From: Pseudomonadota bacterium
GTDB lineage: Bacteria; Pseudomonadota; Alphaproteobacteria; Rhizobiales; Methyloligellaceae
DNA: 27,713 nt
Assembly (NCBI GenBank): GCA_022567275.1
Contig: JADFHH010000001.1
Location: 1 to 27,713, forward strand
Direction: 5' to 3'
This document shows positions 20,101 to 27,540 of this stretch, in pieces. The notes under the pieces are model-generated. The model was not told the origin of the DNA and did not search any database. It was given only the letters and a program-made list of their open reading frames with translations. Each line of letters starts with the position of its first letter. The first letter of the stretch is position 1. The translations under genes were made by a program, and so were the position numbers.

Positions 20101-20676
20101 TTGCAGCTCCACATACAACCGGTCGCCGAAAACCGCGGCCAGCCTTTCAAGCCTGGTGCGGGCCAATGCCGCATTTCCAGCCAGCAAAGCCTGATCGAGG
20201 GGCCCTTCCGGCCCGCCGCTCAGCGCTATCAACCCGGTATGATGCTGGTCGAGAACATCAAATGTGACGAACGGGCCGGACGCATCGTCATGGTCAAGGA
20301 AGGCCTTGCTGGAAAGCTGCAACAGATTTGCGTATCCGGCTTCGTCCCTGGCGAGAACAACGAGCGCGCCGCCAGCTTCTTTGGCGGGAATAGCGCTGTC
20401 ATGCCTGGCTTCAAGCTTGCCGCCATTGCGTTTTGCGTCGGCGAAATCCACTCTCAGGGTGCACCCGATGATGGGCTGCACGCCTGCCTGGACAAGCGTT
20501 TCGGAAAATTCCAGGGCGCCAAAGAGGTTATTGCGGTCGGTGATCGCCAGCGCCGGCATTTTGCAGGCCACGGCCAGCTCGGCGAGCCTGGAGATTGGCA
20601 GTGCCCCTTCAAGCAGCGAATAGGCGGAATGAAGGTGCAAATGCACGAACGGGCGTGTGCTCTCCTTCGCTGCCAT
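17158..20676 (-). CDS. dnaE: DNA polymerase III alpha subunit (DnaE1)
   Basis: PHP domain HLHLHSAYSLLEG, GPGRGSGAGS, ERVSMPDFDIDF, STHAAG, KFDFLGLKTLT, GVFQLES, YGFNKSHAAAY; 1172 aa; SD GGGGAG. Confidence 0.98.
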   Translation of the reverse strand: MAAKESTRPFVHLHLHSAYSLLEGALPISRLAELAVACKMPALAITDRNNLFGALEFSETLVQAGVQPIIGCTLRVDFADAKRNGGKLEARHDSAIPAKEAGGALVVLARDEAGYANLLQLSSKAFLDHDDASGPFVTFDVLDQHHTGLIALSGGPEGPLDQALLAGNAALARTRLERLAAVFGDRLYVELQRHGLEDEKLVEPELLSLAYALDIPLVATNQPFFPTPDDFEAHDALICIAEGSYIAVDDRRRLSPQHYFKSAAEMAALFDDLPEALDNTVEIARRCAYRPRTREPILPHSASLEDEAGELKTQAEKGLRKRLSEEGPAAGFEEILYWQRLESELEIITRMTYAGYFLIVADFIKWAKNAKIPVGPGRGSGAGSVVSWALTITDLDPIRFGLLFERFLNPERVSMPDFDIDFCQDRRDEVIAYVQEKYGDDRVAQIITFGKLQARAVLRDVGRVLQMPYGHVDRLCKMIPADPANPVTLGEAIATEPKLREERDREPIVARLLNIGQRLEGLYRHASTHAAGIVIGDRPLTELVPLYRDARSSLPATQFNMKWVEAAGLVKFDFLGLKTLTVIEKAKQLIANRGEDIDPARLPLDDERTFALLCEAETVGVFQLESTGMRDALRKLKPDRFEDIIAMVALYRPGPMANIESFINRKHGTEEPDYLHALIKPILEETYGVIIYQEQVMQIAQVLSGYSLGEADLLRRAMGKKIKKEMDQQRTRFVEGAVANKVERGNAEYIFALVAKFAGYGFNKSHAAAYALLAYQTAYLKANHRVEFLAASMTLDMGNTDKLNIFVQDARRAGITIEPPSVNASYADFSAGENSIRYALGALKNMGRAAAGHIADERENNGNYDSLADFARRMEGRAVNKRGLEALIAAGALDEFEPDRGKLFANSERILRAAATSENANQNDLFGEGSARELILRDAAEPWLPIERLARELEAIGFYVSGHPLDEYQSILEREGVISWAEFSARAAKSATTACLAGTVAYRQDRSSAKGNRYAFIGLSDQSGQYEAIVFSELLASHGDDFSPGTSVLVKIEAEQQAESLRARITHVESLDAVVQRTQSGLRVRIDDISSLERLRARLPQEGNAVIHLILRLGDIGREVEVEIPGRYDISPRSTGALRVIQGVQSIEPIPADGRTRRPHAGSTPALTLAKS

Positions 20677-20753
20677 AATATACTCCCCGGACCCGGTTGA
20701 GGGTCAGAATGCCAGATTCGCCCGATGGGAGAAATCCGGGAACGCCAGTAATC

Positions 20754-21461
20754 CTAGATATCAACAGGGGCGATTTCAGCCAATTTGCCCTGGTCCAGCT
20801 TCCATGTGCGGCTCATGCGCCGGGCCAGATCGAGATTATGGGTGGCGATGATCACCGTGAGGCCGGCGCCGTGCACCAGTTTCAGAAGTTGGTCGAAGAC
20901 GGCGCCCGCCGTTTTCGGGTCGAGATTGCCGGTTGGCTCGTCGGCGAGCAGAAGTTTGGGAGAATTCGCGACAGCGCGGGCAATCGCCACACGCTGTTGT
21001 TCGCCGCCTGAAAGCTGACCGGGGCGATGTTCCAGCCTGTCGGAAAGTCCCAGATCGCCAAGCAACTGGCGGGCGCGGGCTTCGGCCTGGGCTTTGGCAA
21101 CGCCAAGGATCAGCTGCGGCAGAGATACATTTTCCAGCGCGGTGAATTCGGCCAGCAGATGATGAAATTGATAGACGAAGCCGATCTTGGTCCGCCGCAT
21201 CAATGTCCGCTCACGATCGGAAACCGCGAGGCAGTCGATGCCGTCGAGAACAACGCTGCCCTTATTCGGGCGATCGAGAAGCCCCAATATATGAAGCAGC
21301 GAAGATTTACCTGCGCCGGACTGGCCGAGCAGCGCCACCGTTTCGCCGGCAAAAACATCCGCCGACGCCTGCTTGAGAATCTCAATATTCCGGCCGCCCT
21401 GATGAAAGGTCAGGTCGATGTCCCGGAGGCTCAGTAGAGGTATCGCGTCGCGGCTGTCCAA
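20754..21461 (-). CDS. lolD: Lipoprotein-releasing ABC transporter ATP-binding protein
   Basis: Walker A GQSGAGKS, GFVYQFHHLL, LSGGEQQRVAIARA, LADEPTGNLD; directly downstream of lolC/E; TTG start is tentative. Confidence 0.92.
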   Translation of the reverse strand: MDSRDAIPLLSLRDIDLTFHQGGRNIEILKQASADVFAGETVALLGQSGAGKSSLLHILGLLDRPNKGSVVLDGIDCLAVSDRERTLMRRTKIGFVYQFHHLLAEFTALENVSLPQLILGVAKAQAEARARQLLGDLGLSDRLEHRPGQLSGGEQQRVAIARAVANSPKLLLADEPTGNLDPKTAGAVFDQLLKLVHGAGLTVIIATHNLDLARRMSRTWKLDQGKLAEIAPVDI

Positions 21462-21465
21462 AGGC

Positions 21466-22737
21466 TCACTCGTATCGCAGAGCTTCGACAGGGTCGAGCT
21501 GACTTGCCCGCCAGGCGGGATACAAGGTGGCGAGCATGGACAATATCAATGCCATGAGCACCACGGTCGTGACCTCGCCAAGGTCCATTTCAGCGGGAAG
21601 TTGAGAAAGATAATAGAGTTCCGAAGGGAACAGATTGGTGCTGGTCAGATAGGAAATGAACTGGCGGATTGACTCAATATTGAGACACACGGCGACACCG
21701 AGCAGAAGCCCGGCCAGAGTGCCGGCCACGCCGATGCTTGCGCCGGTAATAAAAAACACCCGCATAATCGCGCTGCGTGTCGCGCCCATGGTGCGCAGAA
21801 TGGCGATATCGGCGCCCTTGTCCTTGACCAGCATTATCAGCCCGGAAACAATATTCAGGGCGGCCACCAGAACGATCAGCGTGAGGATGAGAAACATCAC
21901 ATTGCGCTCGACCTGAAGGGCGCTGAAAAAGCTCGAATTGCGCTGGCGCCAGTCGGTTACATAGATCGTGGAACCGCCCGCCTGCAGAATTGCCGGGCGC
22001 AGATCACCAACTTCGTCGGGGTCGTTCAGCATGATTTCCAGCACGGATACAGTTTTCTTTTTGTTGAAATACCGCTGCGCCTCGTTCAGCGGCATGAAGA
22101 TGATGGAATTGTCATACTCCGACATGCCCATTTCGAATATGGCGTTCACATTGTATCGCTTGACCCGTGGCGCGATACCGAAGGGGGTCGATGCGCCGCG
22201 CGGCGCAACCAGGGTCACCTTGTCGCCAACCCTGAGCCGCAACTGGTTGGCAAGCCGCGATCCCATGGCAAGCCCGTTGCCTTTGTCAAACTTGTCCAGT
22301 GTCCCTGACCGGATGTTCCCCGATATGGCGGTGAGGGATTTCAGGCTTGTTTCGGAAAGTCCACGGATCAAGGCGCCAGTCGCCAGTGTCGTGGTGGAGG
22401 CTATGGCTTGTCCCTCGATCAGGGGGAGGACGCTTTTCACGCCCGCCACTTTGCGCAACCGCGCGGTAACGTCTTTATAGTCGGTGAAATTACCCGTCAT
22501 GGAGTGAATGATGACGTGACCGTTCAGCCCGAGGATCTTGTCGAACAGCTCGTTGCGGAATCCGTTCATCACCGAAAGTACAATGATAAGGGTCGCCACT
22601 CCCAGCATGATGCCGAGGAATGAAAATCCGGCAATGACAGAGATAAAGCCTTCCTTGCGCCGCGCGCGCAGATAACGCAGCGCGATCATCCACTCGAACG
22701 CCGCGAATGGCCGCCCGGTATGTTGCGTCGCGTTCAT
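21466..22737 (-). CDS. lolE: Lipoprotein-releasing ABC transporter permease (single LolC/E-type, LolF-like)
   Basis: EWMIALRYLRARRKEGFISVIA, LSVMNGF, KGADIAILRTMGA, YPAWRASQLDPVEALRYE; ATG 22737 preceded by GGTGG. Confidence 0.9.
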   Translation of the reverse strand: MNATQHTGRPFAAFEWMIALRYLRARRKEGFISVIAGFSFLGIMLGVATLIIVLSVMNGFRNELFDKILGLNGHVIIHSMTGNFTDYKDVTARLRKVAGVKSVLPLIEGQAIASTTTLATGALIRGLSETSLKSLTAISGNIRSGTLDKFDKGNGLAMGSRLANQLRLRVGDKVTLVAPRGASTPFGIAPRVKRYNVNAIFEMGMSEYDNSIIFMPLNEAQRYFNKKKTVSVLEIMLNDPDEVGDLRPAILQAGGSTIYVTDWRQRNSSFFSALQVERNVMFLILTLIVLVAALNIVSGLIMLVKDKGADIAILRTMGATRSAIMRVFFITGASIGVAGTLAGLLLGVAVCLNIESIRQFISYLTSTNLFPSELYYLSQLPAEMDLGEVTTVVLMALILSMLATLYPAWRASQLDPVEALRYE

Positions 22738-22767
22738 ATTTCCACCCAAAGTCAATCCGTTAAATTG

Positions 22768-24090
22768 TCAGTGTTCCAGGATACGTGCGAGAGCCGCTTC
22801 CGGTGTCATGGAGTCGCGCTCACCCGTATCGCGCCGTTTGATCTCGACCTCACCCAGTTTTACGCCCCTTGGTCCAACGATGATCTGCCAGGGCAGACCC
22901 AGTAAATCCATTGCCGCGAATTTGGCGCCGGCGCGCTCGTCCTTGTCGTCATATAGAACATCCACTCCGGCATTGCCCAATTGCGAATATAAACTCTCGC
23001 AGGCCGCGTCGGTATCACGGTCTCCAGCCTTCAGATTGACAAGGCCAACCCGGTAAGGCGCGACCGGATCGGGCCAGATGATGCCGTGTTCGTCGTGGCA
23101 GGCTTCGATGATGGCGCCCGCCAGCCGGGATACGCCAATGCCATATGACCCGCAATGGAGTGTCACCATCGAACCGTCAGGCCCCTGCACCTTGCAATTC
23201 ATGGTTTTGGTATATTTTGTCCCGAAGTAAAAAATATGTCCAACTTCGATGCCCCGCGCGGTGACGCGATTTTCCTTCGCGACTTGCCGCTCAAAACGCG
23301 CCGGGTCATGCTTGTCATCGGTGGCGGCATATTTACCGGTCCATTGCTGGACAACAGAGCCGAGATCGGCGCTGTAATCCGTGTCTTCGCCGGGCGCGGA
23401 TCGCTCGATCAGATCGCGGTCGCAATGGACCTGGCTCTCGCCTGTGTCGGCCAGCACGATGAACTCATGGCTGAGATCCCCGCCTATGGGACCGGTGTCA
23501 GCGGCCATGGGAATGGATTTTAGCCCCATGCGCTCGTAAGTGCGTAAATAGGCGACAAACATTTTGTGGTAGGACCGGCGCGCATCCTCCGGCGTCAAGT
23601 CAAACGAGTAAGCGTCTTTCATCAAAAATTCACGCCCGCGCATCACGCCAAAGCGCGGTCTGATCTCGTCGCGGAATTTCCACTGGATGTGATAGAGATT
23701 GCACGGCAGATCGCGGTATGATTTTACCGAGTCCCTGAATATCCCGGTGATGAGTTCCTCATTTGTCGGGCCGTAGAGCATTTCGCGGTCATGGCGATCG
23801 GTGATGCGCAGCATCTCCTTGCCATACTCCTCATAGCGCCCGCTTTCGCGCCAGATACCGGCCGGCTGAATCGTCGGCATGAGCAGCTCTATGGCCCCTG
23901 CCCGGTCCTGTTCTTCGCGGACGATCTGTTCGATTTTGCGCAATACACGCAGGCCGAGTGGCAGCCATGAATAAATCCCCGCACTCGACTGGCGGATCAT
24001 GCCCGCGCGCAGCATCAACCGGTGCGAGACGATCTCCGCTTCCTTGGGATCCTCGCGCAAAATGGGTAAAAAATACCGGCTCAGCCTCAT
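22768..24090 (-). CDS. proS: Proline--tRNA ligase, short form (440 aa)
   Basis: [72 protein letters not shown]. Confidence 0.97.
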   Translation of the reverse strand: MRLSRYFLPILREDPKEAEIVSHRLMLRAGMIRQSSAGIYSWLPLGLRVLRKIEQIVREEQDRAGAIELLMPTIQPAGIWRESGRYEEYGKEMLRITDRHDREMLYGPTNEELITGIFRDSVKSYRDLPCNLYHIQWKFRDEIRPRFGVMRGREFLMKDAYSFDLTPEDARRSYHKMFVAYLRTYERMGLKSIPMAADTGPIGGDLSHEFIVLADTGESQVHCDRDLIERSAPGEDTDYSADLGSVVQQWTGKYAATDDKHDPARFERQVAKENRVTARGIEVGHIFYFGTKYTKTMNCKVQGPDGSMVTLHCGSYGIGVSRLAGAIIEACHDEHGIIWPDPVAPYRVGLVNLKAGDRDTDAACESLYSQLGNAGVDVLYDDKDERAGAKFAAMDLLGLPWQIIVGPRGVKLGEVEIKRRDTGERDSMTPEAALARILEH

Positions 24091-24209
24091 AGGCGCCGCC
24101 TGTTGAGTGGTGTTGGTCTGGTTTTCGCGATACCCATGGCGGCCACGGCGGGCGCTAAAGCTCGATGGAGTGCCAGCGCTCAGTCTAGGGATGATTGCGC
24201 GCTAATAGC

Positions 24210-24659
24210 TTACTTTGGTGGGGGTAAGCAATCCCGCCGCCAATCGTGCCCGTTGAATGAGAATTGGTTTGTCGCCGGGTCGAACGCGAAAGTGCCGCCA
24301 TACAACTCGATATCCCTGCCGGCAATCTGTTTGGTGCCCAGTTTGACACCAACGCCGACGCCTGCGGGAAACATGCTGCTGAACCCCTTCGGCGGCTCCG
24401 CTGGAATTATCGGTCGGCCCCAGGGATCGCGCCCTGGAATATATTCCGCCCCGGCGCCTGGCGGCAGGGCGACGCAATCGGGGCGTATGATCAGTCCGTA
24501 TTCATGATGCTGGCTGTTCGACCAGCGCGGAGTGAAATGATCGAATGGATCGCTTGTATAGGCGCCGCTGCGCGCCAGGTTCGGTATGAGCGCGACAATG
24601 CTCGCAAAAACGAGCAGATAGATGCCAAAACCCGGTGTGGTGTTTATTCCATGTCTCAT
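24210..24659 (-). CDS. Hypothetical exported protein (149 aa)
   Basis: Fills the gap co-oriented with proS; hydrophobic N-terminal signal-like segment (FGIYLLVFASIVALIPNLARS), two Cys, Pro/Gly-rich AEYIPGRDPWGRPIIPAE segment; -10-like TATACT just upstream. Confidence 0.75.
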   Translation of the reverse strand: MRHGINTTPGFGIYLLVFASIVALIPNLARSGAYTSDPFDHFTPRWSNSQHHEYGLIIRPDCVALPPGAGAEYIPGRDPWGRPIIPAEPPKGFSSMFPAGVGVGVKLGTKQIAGRDIELYGGTFAFDPATNQFSFNGHDWRRDCLPPPK

Positions 24660-24666
24660 CGCCGTC

Positions 24667-24700
24667 AGTATAGGCGCAATGCGATTAAAGGCGCCCTAAC
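24667..24700 (-). promoter_or_regulatory. Putative promoter of the hypothetical gene: -10 TATACT with a CtrA-like box over the -35 region
   Basis: TATACT at 24672-24667 sits 7 nt before ATG 24659; TTAA-N7-CTAAC at 24685-24700 is one mismatch from the CtrA consensus TTAA-N7-TTAAC. Confidence 0.45.
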
Positions 24701-24746
24701 GTCATTTGGCTTAAAGCGAACATTGCGTTTAGCATATTAATGTATT

Positions 24747-24782
24747 GAAAATGCTGAATAATATCCTTCAGTAAGCATTTTC
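24747..24782. repeat. Inverted repeat GAAAATGCT-N18-AGCATTTTC
   Basis: Perfect 9-bp arms at 24747-24755 and 24774-24782 in AT-rich intergenic DNA. Confidence 0.8.
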
Positions 24783-24803
24783 TGCGACCAGCTCAAAAAG
24801 AAA

Positions 24804-24816
24804 ATGACAATGTCAT
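24804..24816. promoter_or_regulatory. Operator-like palindrome ATGACA-A-TGTCAT
   Basis: Perfect 6-bp dyad with 1-nt spacer, just upstream of -10-like TATAGT (24825-24830); regulator unknown. Confidence 0.4.
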
Positions 24817-24836
24817 AACATTCCTATAGTGTGAGC

Positions 24837-25078
24837 GAACAACAACAATGTTGTTCCGGACCATACGTCCTTGCCTCGCAAAGAGGCACATTTCTTGGTC
24901 CAAGTCTTGGGAGGATTGCCGCTCCAAACGCTGCCGGATGGGTTTCGATTTCCACAGCACCTTCCCCACTGAATATTTCTTGCCTGTCTTGCGTAAATGC
25001 AAGGCGTGCACGTTTCAGGGGGATCCGAATGGAGCAGGACGACTAGGAAGCAAGGTCTCGGGCCTTGCTTCTTTTTTT
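24837..25078 (+). ncRNA. Candidate structured small RNA (~240 nt at most; 5' end uncertain)
   Basis: Ends in a + strand intrinsic terminator with no + strand gene upstream; -10-like TATAGT at 24825-24830; many nested helices (GAACAACA/TGTTGTTC, TGCCTC/GAGGCA, GCTCC/GGAGC, CGGAT/ATCCG, CCCC-CTGAA/TTCAG-GGGG, GTCTTGC/GCAAGGC). Confidence 0.6.
25047..25078 (+). terminator. Rho-independent terminator, + strand only
   Basis: GAAGCAAGG-TCTCGGG-CCTTGCTTC followed by T7 (25072-25078); no T-tract on the opposite side. Confidence 0.88.
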
Positions 25079-25094
25079 GGCATCCACGCGGCAC

Positions 25095-25379
25095 TCACTG
25101 CACGCTGGCGGCGTCTTCGAAGCGCGGCAGAAACGGGATGCCGTCAAGCGTGACGACGCCGCCCTCCAACAGCCAGTAAATCACCGCGAATATGACCGCG
25201 GCGGCAATCGTCGTCACAACGAGTTTGGCCACAAGCTTCGGCGCGGCGGGCGCGCTTTCCGGTGTGCCGGGCACAATATCGCCGGCCTCCTGCTGCGTGG
25301 TCACGCCAAAGGGGAGAATCGCGAACAGAATGATCCACCAGCAAATAAAGTAGATGGCGATGGCGAGTACCGGGTTCAT
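25095..25379 (-). CDS. DUF1467-family small membrane protein (94 aa)
   Basis: AIYFICWWIILFAILPFGV, VPGTPESAP, KLVVTT signature as recalled for DUF1467; usual position downstream of mce. Confidence 0.85.
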   Translation of the reverse strand: MNPVLAIAIYFICWWIILFAILPFGVTTQQEAGDIVPGTPESAPAAPKLVAKLVVTTIAAAVIFAVIYWLLEGGVVTLDGIPFLPRFEDAASVQ

Positions 25380-25398
25380 GGGGGTAACATTGTAGCCT

Positions 25399-25803
25399 TC
25401 AGGCCTGCTCCAACTCGACCAGGGTACCATTGAAATCTTTGGGGTGCAGGAACAGCACCGGTTTGCCATGGGCGCCGGGTTTTGGCTGGCCATCGCCGAG
25501 CACGCGCAACCCCTCATTCAGCAGCCGGTCCCGCGCCGCTTCGATGTCATCCACCTCGTAGCAAATATGATGGATGCCGCCAGCTAAATTGCGTTCGAGA
25601 AATTTTGCGATGGGAGAATCCTCCCCCAACGGCTCCAGAAGCTCGATTTTGGTATTTGGCAACTCGATAACCCCGGTCGTGACGCCATGGTCCGGCAGGG
25701 GCACGGGGTCCGACACCTGTGCACCAAGCGCGTCGCGGTACAGGGCCGCGGCGCGCGCAAGATCGGGCACGGCAATGGCCACGTGATTAAGGCGTCCAAT
25801 CAT
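25399..25803 (-). CDS. mce: Methylmalonyl-CoA epimerase (VOC fold, 134 aa)
   Basis: MIGRLNHVAIAVPDL, NTKIELLEPLG, GGIHHICYEVDDI, GAHGKPVLFLHPKDFNGTLVELEQ. Confidence 0.93.
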   Translation of the reverse strand: MIGRLNHVAIAVPDLARAAALYRDALGAQVSDPVPLPDHGVTTGVIELPNTKIELLEPLGEDSPIAKFLERNLAGGIHHICYEVDDIEAARDRLLNEGLRVLGDGQPKPGAHGKPVLFLHPKDFNGTLVELEQA

Positions 25804-25822
25804 GGCTTTAGTAATGGTCTCC

Positions 25823-27505
25823 CTATACAACCGTGACCATAACACTACAGGGCGGTTTTTTGCCCCAATGGGCGTTCACTTGCGCGCGCACGGCCCGGCG
25901 CACCGCTTCGGCGACCATCGCACTGTCACGCCGCCGGGGACGGGGTATCCCGTCCAGCGCGCCATGGATGGCTTGCACAATGACATCTGCGAAAAGTATC
26001 CCGTTCGCCGTGGCGGCGGGAATGCCGATCATCGTGATTTGCGGCTCCGCTACGATATCGCCTTTGGAGGTCAGCACCACAGATACCGCAACCGCGCCGG
26101 CTAATGACAGACGCCGCCGGTCTTCAACCGGCCCATCGCCGGCAACAACCGGCAGCCGGCCATCCATATAGACGCGCCCGGACTGGACCTCGCCGATGAT
26201 CTCCGCCGGGCCGGGGCAGAGGCGGACCAGTGACCCGTTGCGCGGCGTTACGACGGATTTGACGCCAAAGCTCCGGGCCAGATCTGCCTGCGCTTCGAGA
26301 TGACACGCTTCGCCATGCATGGGAACCAGGATATCGGGTTTGAGCCAGCTATACAGCTTCTCCAGTTCTCCACGTCTCGGATGACCGGAAACATGGATCA
26401 AAGCGTCCCTGTCGGTGACCACATCGACACCCAAATCCACAAGCTTGTTCTGCAAATTTCCGACAGCTTTTTCGTTGCCTGGAATGGTTCGGCTGGAAAA
26501 CAGCACCATATCGCCGCGCGAAAAACTCACGCGCGGGTGGTTGTCCGACGCAATGCGTGCGAGCGCCGCGCGGCCCTCTCCCTGGCTGCCCGTACACAGC
26601 GCCATCACCGTTTCTCGCGGCAAATGACCATAATCGTCTTCGCTCAGGATATCGTAGCCCGAAGGCAGATAGCCGGTTTCTTCCGCCACCTGCACCACAC
26701 GCTTCATGGCGCGCCCGACAATCACGATGTGACGGTTTGCCGCCACCGCCGCGTCCATCGCCGAGCGCAGCCGTGCGACGTTGGATGCGAAGGCCGTAAC
26801 CGCCACACGGTGCGGGGCGTTGGCGATAAGCTCGCCAAGTGTCTTCGCCACATCGGCTTCAGAGGGTGAAAGTCCGTCGCGCATGGCGTTGGTGGAATCG
26901 CAAATCAGCGCGTCTACCCCCTGCTTGCCGATCTTTCTGAGCCGCTTCTCGTCCGTCGCCGCCCCGGCCACCGGTGTTGTATCGAGTTTCCAGTCGCTGG
27001 TGTGAAACGCGCTTCCCAACTCGGTTTGAATCAGCAGCCCATTGCTTTCGGGGATCGAGTGCGCCATGTCGACGAGCTCGACATGGAATGGCCCGATATC
27101 GAGTTTTGCGCGCGTCGGGATTTCCTCGATCGGGATGTCGCCCTCCAGCCCCTGCTCGATGAGCTTGGCGCGCAGCAGCGCCGCGGCAAAAGGTGTCGCA
27201 TAGAGCGGGACGCGCAACCTTGGCCAGAGAGATATGACCGCGCCAAAATGATCCTCATGGGCATGGGTGAGGATTATTCCCTCGAGATTGCCGCGCTGCT
27301 CCTCGATGAAGCGGATATCGGGCAGGATGACGTCGATGCCAGGCTCGCCCGGTCCGGCGAAGGTGACGCCAAGATCGACCATCAGCCAGCGGCGTTTGCG
27401 GGCCGGTCCAAACCCGTAAAGATACAGGTTCATGCCAATTTCGCCGATTCCCCCTAATGGGAGAAAAACGAATTCTTTCTGTTGTTTGGTGTTTTTTCTA
27501 GCCAT
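25823..27505 (-). CDS. rnj: Ribonuclease J (beta-CASP metallo-beta-lactamase)
   Basis: FLPLGGIGEIGMN, THAHEDHFG, HSIPE, DSTNA, FASNVAR, TGSQGE, IPGNE, HVSGHP. Confidence 0.96.
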   Translation of the reverse strand: MARKNTKQQKEFVFLPLGGIGEIGMNLYLYGFGPARKRRWLMVDLGVTFAGPGEPGIDVILPDIRFIEEQRGNLEGIILTHAHEDHFGAVISLWPRLRVPLYATPFAAALLRAKLIEQGLEGDIPIEEIPTRAKLDIGPFHVELVDMAHSIPESNGLLIQTELGSAFHTSDWKLDTTPVAGAATDEKRLRKIGKQGVDALICDSTNAMRDGLSPSEADVAKTLGELIANAPHRVAVTAFASNVARLRSAMDAAVAANRHIVIVGRAMKRVVQVAEETGYLPSGYDILSEDDYGHLPRETVMALCTGSQGEGRAALARIASDNHPRVSFSRGDMVLFSSRTIPGNEKAVGNLQNKLVDLGVDVVTDRDALIHVSGHPRRGELEKLYSWLKPDILVPMHGEACHLEAQADLARSFGVKSVVTPRNGSLVRLCPGPAEIIGEVQSGRVYMDGRLPVVAGDGPVEDRRRLSLAGAVAVSVVLTSKGDIVAEPQITMIGIPAATANGILFADVIVQAIHGALDGIPRPRRRDSAMVAEAVRRAVRAQVNAHWGKKPPCSVMVTVV

Positions 27506-27540
27506 GAAGGATTAGGAAACTGCGCGGTTACTCGTGTGCG

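Noticed and set aside
17158-20676. Possible intein or split in DnaE
   Set aside because: Normal length and continuous motifs; no intein splice-junction or endonuclease motifs seen
19090-20700. 536-aa + strand ORF
   Set aside because: Lies antisense to dnaE and has no recognisable motifs; a typical shadow ORF in GC-rich coding DNA
24813-25179. ORFs 24813-25094 (-), 24831-25046 (+), 24848-25153 (+), 24997-25179 (-)
   Set aside because: Cys/Trp/Arg-rich, unprotein-like composition and no proper SD. One runs through the terminator. The RNA-structure explanation fits better.
26980-27010. RNase J motif reads HTSDWK rather than the common HTGD
   Set aside because: Single substitution at a non-ligand position; the His/Asp metal ligands are intact
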